Origin: Anaerolineales bacterium
Lineage (GTDB): Bacteria > Chloroflexota > Anaerolineae > Anaerolineales > E44-bin32
Assembly: GCA_037382465.1 (NCBI GenBank)
Contig: JARRPX010000004.1
Coordinates: 76,204-140,203, forward strand
Direction of reading: 5' to 3'
Length of the DNA: 64,000 nt
The position numbers were made by a program, and so were the translations under genes. The notes under the pieces were generated by a model that had not been told where the DNA came from, ran no database searches, and saw only the letters and a list, made by a program, of their open reading frames with translations. Of this stretch, positions 28,900 through 37,383 are shown piece by piece (positions within the stretch are counted from its first letter, which is position 1; every line of letters starts with the position of its first letter).

Positions 28900-31545
28900 A
28901 TGAAGAGAACGATTTTTTACATCACACTACTGACAGTCATGATTTCCATCGCATTCGCCGCTCTTGCCGATCCGCTTCCCGCGAGTGCCGACGACGGCAA
29001 GATCATAGTCAACACCGATGACGACAAAGAAGACGGCAGTTGCGACGATGTACATTGCTCTCTACGTGAGGCCATTGGCCAATCGAACGACACGCAAGGA
29101 AGGCAAACGATTGTCTTCGAAATGCCGGACCCCGGCAACTACTACACGATCCAACTGTGCAGTCCGCTTCCGGACATCGCCGATCCGGTTACCATAGACG
29201 GCACCTTGCCACCCGGGACGTTTGGTCCACCCAGTGTCGTGATCAAACCTTGGGATATCAACAATCTTCCCCCATGGCCATGCAATCCGCCACCCTACGG
29301 ATTCTGGGTCGGCGCTGATGACGTTATCCTACGCGGTATGAGCATGGTTGGATTCCTCAATTTCCAGGCCGAGACGTCCGGCGCGATCATCGTCGACAAC
29401 GCCTCAAACGCACTCATCGAATACAACCAACTGGGTGTGTATCCCAATGGAGTCGTAGAGGGAAACTATAATGCGATCTACCTGACAGATGAGAATCACA
29501 TCGTTCGTAACAATTTGATCTCGGGGAATTGGTATGGCATCAACAGCTTTGCCTCGGACACGACCATCCAGGGCAATTACATCGGCACGGACATCTCGGG
29601 AACGTCTACAAGCTTATTGTTAGGGAATCAAACAGGGATATTTTTGTGGTGTCCCAGCGAATCCACGACCATCGGCGGCGTGAATCCGGATGAAATGAAT
29701 CTGATCTCCGGAAATTCGATCGGTATATCCATTTGCTCGGACAGCACGATTTATGGCAATCGCATCGGAACGGATAGAACCGGCACCATGGATCTGGGAA
29801 ACTCCAACGGAATCATGATCGGTGGAGACGACAACATAATCGGCGGCCCGTTACCCGGCCAGGGCAATCTGATTTCGGGCAACGGATTGGCACTCAGCTT
29901 CGCCAGCGGCGCAGATGACAACATCATCCAGGGCAACAACATTGGAGCAGATATCAGCGGAAACCAGGCACTTGTGAATGCGGCCGGTAACTGGCATGGA
30001 ATGATCGTCTTTGGCGATTCCAACACGATTGGCGGGACCAATCCCGGAGAGGGCAACCGGATTGCCTTTATCACGGGTGAAGGGATTGACTTCGATCACG
30101 GTGCCACCTCCAACCACGTCGTAGGGAATACGATCTTTTCTAACGTAACCGGCGTGCTTGTTGAATCCGATCAGTGGTATACGGCGTTGATGAACACGCT
30201 GTCTCAGAACAGCATCTACGATAACATGGGTTTGGGAATCGACCTCGAACCCGCAGGGGTATCACTGAATGACGTCGGCGATACAGACAGCGGCGGCAAC
30301 ACGGTGTTGAACTTCCCGGTTTTCAGCGCAGGTTTCAACAGCGTAAGCGGAACTGCGTGCCCGGGCTGCATCGTCGAGCTTTATATAAGCGACAACGACT
30401 CCTCCGGTTATGGCGAGGGCAGCACGTTTATCAGCCAAACCGTCGCCGAAGATGACGGCGACTTCACAATCCCGGTGATGTTGGCGTATTCACACTGCAC
30501 CCGCCTCACGGCAACGGCGACGGATATCCAGGGAAACACCTCCGAGTTTTCCAGGAACGTTGAGTTCGGACTGTGTATATCCCACCATCCCTGGAACCTC
30601 TTCATACCTATGCTGTCCCTTGGGTTGAGTCTGCTGGCCGGCGTGCTGTTCGGACGTTCACCCAAAATCAATGGCCGCGCCGCCCTTGCCGTCGCCGGAA
30701 TCGTCGGCCTCGGACTGGCGGGCGGCTTGTTCCTGATCCTGCGAAGTCCCACCAAAGCCCCCGCAGCGCAGCCGGCAGAAATGGATCCATGGGCGGGTTT
30801 GCCATCCTGCAGCGATTACATCGAACCGGATAGCCTGTCCCCGGACGAAGAAGTGTTTGCGCTGGAGGACGATCCCGTGTTGTCCTGGTCGCCGCTCGAA
30901 GACATGCTCCCCGATTCGCTGCGCTGGACGGTCGAGCTTTCCCGGCATCCCGATCCGGCGCAGAGTGAGACAACGAGCGAAGAGCATCTGGCGTTTTCGG
31001 CCTTCGGCCTGCAGCCGGACCCGGGCGATATCTACAAATGGCGTCTCAGCGGAGAGATGGATGGATCCGCGGATGGCAGCTGGCGATTTTTCTGTGCGCC
31101 CACCGATTGGCTGCCCTTTCAGTTCGAGCGCCTCATCGTCCCTGCGGCGCCCTCCGACACCCCCGAACCGTCGCCCACGCCCACGCAAACCCCGACACCC
31201 ACGCCGGACGTATGTGTCTACACGGCGATCCGAAACGCCAACTGCCGTTCGAGCGACCATTCGGAATCGGAGCAGATAAATATTCTCATGCAGGGAGAAA
31301 GCGCGGCGCTGCTGGCGCTCAACCCGGAATTCACGCATGGACAGTTCGAATTGGATCAGGAGTCGTGCTGGATCTGGCTCGGTTTGCTGGACGGTCCCGA
31401 AAATCCTTTCGGCACGTGCGACGTGCCGATCATCGATCCCGCACCGGCTTGCACGCCGGAGCTGGATGAGCAAGCCTGTATACTCGCCGGCGGGCAGATG
31501 AGTGAAACGCGCACGACGGCGCCCTTCTGCGTCTGCCCGGATTGA
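28900..31545 (+). CDS. paralog 1: CSLREA-motif right-handed beta-helix surface protein with internal TM hairpin and Cys-rich C-terminal module
   Basis: The ATG follows TAGGAGA and the signal peptide is MKRTIFYITLLTVMISIAFAALA. SCDDVHCSLREAI is present (CSLREA at 29056-29073), followed by many beta-helix turns (ISGN.., GNxIG). Further features are LGIDLEPAGVSLNDVGDTDSGGNTVLNFP, the TM hairpin at 30592-30741, a PT linker and the tail CVYTAIRNANCR...CWIWLGLLDGP...CVCPD. Confidence 0.8.
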   Translation: MKRTIFYITLLTVMISIAFAALADPLPASADDGKIIVNTDDDKEDGSCDDVHCSLREAIGQSNDTQGRQTIVFEMPDPGNYYTIQLCSPLPDIADPVTIDGTLPPGTFGPPSVVIKPWDINNLPPWPCNPPPYGFWVGADDVILRGMSMVGFLNFQAETSGAIIVDNASNALIEYNQLGVYPNGVVEGNYNAIYLTDENHIVRNNLISGNWYGINSFASDTTIQGNYIGTDISGTSTSLLLGNQTGIFLWCPSESTTIGGVNPDEMNLISGNSIGISICSDSTIYGNRIGTDRTGTMDLGNSNGIMIGGDDNIIGGPLPGQGNLISGNGLALSFASGADDNIIQGNNIGADISGNQALVNAAGNWHGMIVFGDSNTIGGTNPGEGNRIAFITGEGIDFDHGATSNHVVGNTIFSNVTGVLVESDQWYTALMNTLSQNSIYDNMGLGIDLEPAGVSLNDVGDTDSGGNTVLNFPVFSAGFNSVSGTACPGCIVELYISDNDSSGYGEGSTFISQTVAEDDGDFTIPVMLAYSHCTRLTATATDIQGNTSEFSRNVEFGLCISHHPWNLFIPMLSLGLSLLAGVLFGRSPKINGRAALAVAGIVGLGLAGGLFLILRSPTKAPAAQPAEMDPWAGLPSCSDYIEPDSLSPDEEVFALEDDPVLSWSPLEDMLPDSLRWTVELSRHPDPAQSETTSEEHLAFSAFGLQPDPGDIYKWRLSGEMDGSADGSWRFFCAPTDWLPFQFERLIVPAAPSDTPEPSPTPTQTPTPTPDVCVYTAIRNANCRSSDHSESEQINILMQGESAALLALNPEFTHGQFELDQESCWIWLGLLDGPENPFGTCDVPIIDPAPACTPELDEQACILAGGQMSETRTTAPFCVCPD

Positions 31546-31631
31546 GCTGCGCAGACGCATGCAGCGACGTATTTCGAGACGGGCATTTCCTCACCGGGGA
31601 GGTGCTCGACAGCAAGTCAGAAGGTTAGGAG

Positions 31632-34382
31632 ATGAAAATGAAGAACAAGCGGATCTTGTACCTTACCCTCGCTTTAACGCTGGCGGTCTTCGCCCTCGTC
31701 ATGCAGCCCACGCATTCCGGCTACGCCGGAGGGGGCATCATCGAGGTCAACACGGTAGACGACAACGATGACGGTGTCTGCAATGCGACACACTGCTCGC
31801 TGCGCGAAGCGATCGACTGGGCCAACACCATGCCGGGTACGCCTACGATCACCTTCGACATCCCCGGCGCCGGCCCGCACGTCATCAATCTCTGCCACGC
31901 GCTGCCGCAGCTGACGAGTTCGGGCACGACCATCGACGGCACGACGGAACCGAGTTATTCCGGAACGCCCGTCGTCGTACTGCAGCCGGCGTTCCTTTCC
32001 GATACGCCGCCGCCGCTCACCCACGTCCCGCCGTGTATTCCACCTTCGGTCGGCCTGTGGATCGAAACCGACGACATCACCGTGCGAGGCTTGAGCATCG
32101 TCGGTTTTCGCCAGACCTGGCCGGCGATCGCCGCCGGGATCGTGGTCGCTAACGGCAGCAACAATCTTATCGACGCAAACTACATCGGTCTGGACGCCGG
32201 CGGCTCACCAGACGGCAACCGCGATGGCATTCTCCTCGGCGCAGCCGGCCAGGAGATTCGGCACAACACCATTTCCGGCAACGACAACGGTATCCACGTC
32301 CGCGCCGGCGAACAAAAAATATACGCCAACCGCATCGGCACCGATTTCTCCGGCAGCACGAGCGGAACCGGCATGGGCAACTACCGCGGCATTTATATCG
32401 AAGCTTCAGCGGGTGCCAACATCATCGGCTCCTCCGATCCTACCCACAAGAACGTGATCTCCGGCAACACCGCCGTCGGGATAGAGGTGGAATCCGACGA
32501 CAACATCATCCAGGGCAACCACATCGGCTGCAATTTGATCGGCGATACCGCCCTGGGCCAGCAGGAAGGTGTGAGCCTCGGAGGGAACAGCAATCTCCTC
32601 GGCGGTAGTAACGCCGGTGAGGGGAATCTGATCTCCGGAAACGACATCGACGGCGTCATCATCGGCTGGAATTCCAGCGGCCACCAAATCCTGGGCAACA
32701 TCATCGGAGCCGACGCCAGCGGTACCGCATCGCTGGGAAATTTCGTCGGTATATTTACAATCGGCGGAGACAACATCGTTATCGGAAATAATTCCGCCCT
32801 GGGGGGCAATCTCATCGCATTCAACGGCCACCACGGGATCATGCTTCTGGCTGATGCCCATACCTATCACATCGCTGGCAACACGATCACGCAGAACGGC
32901 GGTGACGGGATAATATTGGGAACGTTCTCAGCCAATCCAGCCACTCCCCAGCAGATTACAATCAACCGCAACAGCATCTTCGATAACGGCGAATTGGGCG
33001 TGGATTTATTTCCAGATGGCGTTACGCCTAACGACCCGGGTGACGCCGATACAGGTGCCAACACGCTGCTCAATTTCCCCGAGCTCAGCCAGGTGACGGC
33101 CACCGATGCGCAGGGGACCGCCTGCACCGGCTGCCGCGTGGAAGCCTTCATCGCCGACGGCGATCCCTCCGGCTACGGCGAAGGCATGACCTTCGTTGGG
33201 GAAGCGTTCACCGACTCCTCTGGTAACTTCAGCGTTCCGCTGGATGTGAACCTGGTCTCCACCTGCGACCTGATTACGACGCGAGCGACGGATGGGTCTG
33301 GGAACAGCTCCGAATTCTCGGAAAACATGCGCGTTTCACCCTGCTTCGTAATGCGCCGCCCGTGGCTGTTCGCACCACCCCTCCTGCTGGGCTTGCTGGG
33401 TCTGCTCGGAGGCCGCCGCGCAGGCCGTGGTAAACCCGGGCTGGCTTCCGCCGCCGGCGGCGCCGCCATCGGCGCCGGGATCGGCGGTGGACTGGTTGTC
33501 CTGGCGATCGTGCTGCCCGTTGTGCACATCGAAAAACCACAGGAAGACGCAGGCTTGCCGGCCGTGCAGATGCCCTGCGATCGCTTCCTCGATCCTGCCG
33601 GGCTCTCGCCCGCAGATGGCTCGATCTTTGAGATCGATGATAACGACTGGGATTTCACCTGGAGTCCATCTGCCGAGATGCCCGATGGAGAGTTCCGCTG
33701 GCTCGTCGAGCTACTCGGACCGGATGGCAGCATGCAGCAATTGTCTACAATCGGTAACTCACTGCCCTTCCTTTCCTTTGATACTGAAATCTCACAAGGC
33801 GCCGTATTCTCCTGGCGCCTCAGCGCCGAGCAAGCAATCCCCGGAACGGACCGCTGGGAGCCCTTCTGCCGGCAGATGGGCTGGCGTTCCTTCCAATTCG
33901 GCGAACGCCCACCGCTCAACGCCCCGCCCTGGACGCCCGACGAATGGAGCCAGCCTGAAGATTCTCCGACCCCGACTTCGTCGCCCACAGCGACCTCCAC
34001 GCCGACTCCCGAAGAAATGACCTGCGTATACGAGGCGCTGCAGAACGCGAACTGCCGCGCCAGCGACTACTCGGAAGCGGCCCAAATCTCGATCCTCATG
34101 CAGGGAGAGACGGCCGAACTGTTGGCTTTGAATCCCGAGTTCACCCACGGCCAGTTCAATCTCGGCCAGGGTGCGTGCTGGATCTGGCTCGGCTTGCTGG
34201 ACGGGCCGGAAGATCCGTTCGCCAACTGCGGCGTACCGGTCCTCGATCCCCCACCACCGCCGACAGACACGCCCACGCCGCCCGCCTGCACGCCGGATTT
34301 AAACGAAGAAATGTGTATAAAAAGCGGCGGAACCTGGCCGGAAGGTGAAACGACAAAACCCCGTTGCGTCTGCCCGGATTAA
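31632..34382 (+). CDS. paralog 2 of the CSLREA/beta-helix, TM hairpin, Cys-rich module family
   Basis: It has a signal peptide and VCNATHCSLREAI (TGC at 31794). Other features are LGVDLFPDGVTPNDPGDADTGANTLLNFP and the TM hairpin at about 33361-33525 with loop GGRRAGRGKPG. The tail is CVYEALQNANCR...CWIWLGLLDGP...CVCPD. Confidence 0.8.
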   Translation: MKMKNKRILYLTLALTLAVFALVMQPTHSGYAGGGIIEVNTVDDNDDGVCNATHCSLREAIDWANTMPGTPTITFDIPGAGPHVINLCHALPQLTSSGTTIDGTTEPSYSGTPVVVLQPAFLSDTPPPLTHVPPCIPPSVGLWIETDDITVRGLSIVGFRQTWPAIAAGIVVANGSNNLIDANYIGLDAGGSPDGNRDGILLGAAGQEIRHNTISGNDNGIHVRAGEQKIYANRIGTDFSGSTSGTGMGNYRGIYIEASAGANIIGSSDPTHKNVISGNTAVGIEVESDDNIIQGNHIGCNLIGDTALGQQEGVSLGGNSNLLGGSNAGEGNLISGNDIDGVIIGWNSSGHQILGNIIGADASGTASLGNFVGIFTIGGDNIVIGNNSALGGNLIAFNGHHGIMLLADAHTYHIAGNTITQNGGDGIILGTFSANPATPQQITINRNSIFDNGELGVDLFPDGVTPNDPGDADTGANTLLNFPELSQVTATDAQGTACTGCRVEAFIADGDPSGYGEGMTFVGEAFTDSSGNFSVPLDVNLVSTCDLITTRATDGSGNSSEFSENMRVSPCFVMRRPWLFAPPLLLGLLGLLGGRRAGRGKPGLASAAGGAAIGAGIGGGLVVLAIVLPVVHIEKPQEDAGLPAVQMPCDRFLDPAGLSPADGSIFEIDDNDWDFTWSPSAEMPDGEFRWLVELLGPDGSMQQLSTIGNSLPFLSFDTEISQGAVFSWRLSAEQAIPGTDRWEPFCRQMGWRSFQFGERPPLNAPPWTPDEWSQPEDSPTPTSSPTATSTPTPEEMTCVYEALQNANCRASDYSEAAQISILMQGETAELLALNPEFTHGQFNLGQGACWIWLGLLDGPEDPFANCGVPVLDPPPPPTDTPTPPACTPDLNEEMCIKSGGTWPEGETTKPRCVCPD

Positions 34383-34442
34383 GAATCGAACATCAAGGAT
34401 GAGATTCGGTTAGAGATGATGGTTCGATTGTGGAGGAAGATC

Positions 34443-37310
34443 ATGAAATCACGACGCTCGACCATGTTGGTGGGATATGCGGTATGTTTGGCTCTAGTTA
34501 TTGGTTTCGTTACCCCGCTGCCGTCTCATGCAGGCGGCGGGGTGTGGATCGTCAACACGGTCGACGACCTCGACGACGGCGTCTGTGACAGCACACACTG
34601 TTCCTTGCGCGAAGCAATCAATCAGGTCAATGCCAGTCCAGGCGTTCAGTATATTTACTTCGATATCCCTGGACCGGGCCCACACGAGATCCAACTCTGC
34701 TCGATGCTGCCGGCGTTGACCGACGACGGAACGTTGATCGACGGCACCTCGGAGCCCGATTATGGGGGTACCGTACCGGTGGTCGTGATCAAGCCGGGGA
34801 TATTCAATGTGTCCGCCTATCCGGGCTGCTTTCCTCCACCAGTCGGGATCTGGATCGCCGCCAGCGACATCACCGTGACCGGCCTGAGCATCATCGGTTT
34901 TAGAAGTCCTTCCGCCTCCGTCGCCGGGGGAATCGTGACCCACATGGGCTCGAACGTCACGATCGAGCACAATTACATCGGCCTCGATCCTTCCGGAACG
35001 CCCGTCGGAAATCGAGACGGTATTTTGATGGGCTCCGAGGCGTCGCAGATCTATTCCAACCGCATCTCGGGCAACGTCAACGGCATTCACGTCTTCCGCA
35101 GCGATCACGTCATCCGTTTGAACTACATCGGAACCGATCCCACGGGCACGTTCACCAGCCCCACGCTGAAAAATTCCGTCGGCATCCTGGTGGATAATCC
35201 CTCCAGCAACGTGCAAATCGGAGGTCCAAATCCCGCCTGGATGAACCTCATTTCGGGCAACGATACCGGTGTTCAAGTCGTAACGGACGATAACTCCGTG
35301 ACCAACAACCGCATCGGCTCGGACACCAGCGGTACGCTCGGATTGGGAAACGACACCGGTATTTGGGTGACCGGCAGTGGAAACCTGATCGAGGGCAATC
35401 AGGTCAGCGACGGCCAGATCGGTGTGCTGTTGGCCGGCAGCAGCAATCAGATCTCGGGCAACTTCATCGGCACGGATTCCAGCGGCGACCTGGCGTTAGG
35501 CAACGACACCGGCGTTCACATCACCGGCAGCGATAACGTCATCGGCGGTGAGATTCCGATCATGCTCGTACCGGGCAGCACGGCTGGTAACATCATCTCC
35601 GGCAATGACACGGGCATCTTCCTCGGCCCGAATGCGCAGAATAACTACATCAAAGGCAACAAGATCGGCGCAGGCAACAGTCCGGATTCGAGTCTGCCCA
35701 ACACCACGGGCATCCTGCTCGATGGCGCCAACAACAACACGATCGGAGGCATCTATCTACCCATGGAAGCCAACTGGGTGATGCACAATATCCAGGACGG
35801 CATCCAGTTCGTCACCACCGCCAGCGATAACCTGGTTCAAAACAACTACATCGCCTGGAACGAACGGGGCATCACCGCCGGCGCTACGACCGGAACGTCG
35901 ATCCAAAACACCTTTCACTACAATAACATCTACTTTAACGATCAACTCGGTATCGACCTCTTCCCCTGGGGCGTGACCCCCAACGACCCGGGTGACGCAG
36001 ACAGCGGCGCCAATAACCTGCAAAATTTCCCCGTGATCAGTTCGGCTACGACTGCCACGGTTCAGGGAACATCCTGTCTGGGTTGCACGGTGGAAATTTT
36101 CGAAAGCGAAGAGGATCCCTCCGGATACGGAGAGGGCATATCGCCTATCGGCGAGGGGTTAACCGACACTGCCGGTAATTTCAGCATCAGTGTCGATCCG
36201 CTCTCTACCGCAGGTGTCTGTGATTACGTTACGGCCACCGCCACCGATTCGAACGGCAATACCTCCGAGTTTGCCCAGAACTTCCTTATCGGACCTTGCT
36301 TCACGTTCTCGCCGCACCTTTTACTCTTCCTGGGTGTGGTCTTCTTGGCCGGTGGTGCGGCCGCCGGTGGTAGTATCGGGCGCGGCCGCGGCAAGAGACC
36401 CGGCCTGGGGACCGCTGCTGGCGCAGCGCTGGGCGGATTGATCGGCGCCGGGCTGCTCCTGGCTACCTCCTTCATTCCGATCTTTCGCTTTCCGCCAGAA
36501 GAAGAACACGCGGTCTCCGAAGGCCTGACGGCACTTGTCCCCTCCTGCAATGCCTACCTCGATCCGCAGGCATTCGTCCCGCAAGATGGCGCAATCGTGC
36601 TCGACGAGAACTTCGATTTCGCGTGGGCCTGGTTGAATGAACCGTCGAACGGTGATTTCCGCTGGATCCTGGAATTGAATGGTCCCGACGATTCGGGTCA
36701 GCAAACAACGGAGAACTTAACGCTGCCTTTCACTGCGTTTGGTCTCGCTTTCGATGATGGGGATCGATTCTCCTGGCGCTTGAGCGGCGAACGGTTCGAC
36801 GACGCTTCTGCTGAATGGGAGGCTTTCTGCACGCCCTCCGCCTGGCTGACGTTCCAAATCGGATTGTCACCACTGCTGGCGCCGCCGTGGACACCGGATA
36901 CCCCGGAGGGACAACCCCCGACGCCCACCAGCACGCCCGAGTCTCCTGCGGGAGTCTGTCTGTACACGGCGGTACGCAACAGCAACTGCCGCGCCAGCGA
37001 CTATCCGGAGTCGCTGCAGATCGATATCCTCATGCAGGGGGAATCGGCTGAACTCCTGGCCCTGAATCCCGAGTTCACCCACGGTAAGTTCGAACTCGAT
37101 CACGGGCAGTGCTGGATCTGGCTCGGACTGCTGGAAGGTCCTGAAAATCCGTACGGCACCTGTGGCGTGCCGGTCATCGATCCAGCGCCGCCGCCGACCG
37201 CAACGCCGCCGGTCTGCACTCCGGATCTGGGCCAGGAGGACTGCGAAGCGAGCGGAGGCACCTGGTCCGGCGGCGTGACGGGCGCTGCGGGATGTGTGTG
37301 CCCGGAGTAA
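34443..37310 (+). CDS. paralog 3 of the CSLREA/beta-helix, TM hairpin, Cys-rich module family
   Basis: ATG 34443 follows GGAGGA. VCDSTHCSLREAI and LGIDLFPWGVTPNDPGDADSGANNLQNFP are present. The TM hairpin lies at about 36303-36490 with loop GRGRGKRPG. The tail is CLYTAVRNSNCR...CWIWLGLLEGP...CVCPE. Confidence 0.8.
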   Translation: MKSRRSTMLVGYAVCLALVIGFVTPLPSHAGGGVWIVNTVDDLDDGVCDSTHCSLREAINQVNASPGVQYIYFDIPGPGPHEIQLCSMLPALTDDGTLIDGTSEPDYGGTVPVVVIKPGIFNVSAYPGCFPPPVGIWIAASDITVTGLSIIGFRSPSASVAGGIVTHMGSNVTIEHNYIGLDPSGTPVGNRDGILMGSEASQIYSNRISGNVNGIHVFRSDHVIRLNYIGTDPTGTFTSPTLKNSVGILVDNPSSNVQIGGPNPAWMNLISGNDTGVQVVTDDNSVTNNRIGSDTSGTLGLGNDTGIWVTGSGNLIEGNQVSDGQIGVLLAGSSNQISGNFIGTDSSGDLALGNDTGVHITGSDNVIGGEIPIMLVPGSTAGNIISGNDTGIFLGPNAQNNYIKGNKIGAGNSPDSSLPNTTGILLDGANNNTIGGIYLPMEANWVMHNIQDGIQFVTTASDNLVQNNYIAWNERGITAGATTGTSIQNTFHYNNIYFNDQLGIDLFPWGVTPNDPGDADSGANNLQNFPVISSATTATVQGTSCLGCTVEIFESEEDPSGYGEGISPIGEGLTDTAGNFSISVDPLSTAGVCDYVTATATDSNGNTSEFAQNFLIGPCFTFSPHLLLFLGVVFLAGGAAAGGSIGRGRGKRPGLGTAAGAALGGLIGAGLLLATSFIPIFRFPPEEEHAVSEGLTALVPSCNAYLDPQAFVPQDGAIVLDENFDFAWAWLNEPSNGDFRWILELNGPDDSGQQTTENLTLPFTAFGLAFDDGDRFSWRLSGERFDDASAEWEAFCTPSAWLTFQIGLSPLLAPPWTPDTPEGQPPTPTSTPESPAGVCLYTAVRNSNCRASDYPESLQIDILMQGESAELLALNPEFTHGKFELDHGQCWIWLGLLEGPENPYGTCGVPVIDPAPPPTATPPVCTPDLGQEDCEASGGTWSGGVTGAAGCVCPE

Positions 37311-37383
37311 AACCGATTCGAGAATACTACGCCGTGAAGTTGATCGAAAATCGCAGCCAGAGGTTGATGTAAGGAGCACTTTG

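Noticed and set aside
30658-31560. Long antisense ORFs covering the 3' ends of the four paralog genes (30658-31560, 33173-34000, 36867-37493, 39752-40618).
   Set aside because: The sense frames are conserved across four paralogs, and the differences between paralogs 3 and 4 are synonymous. That fixes the coding frame. The antisense ORFs are low-complexity Arg/Gly-rich.
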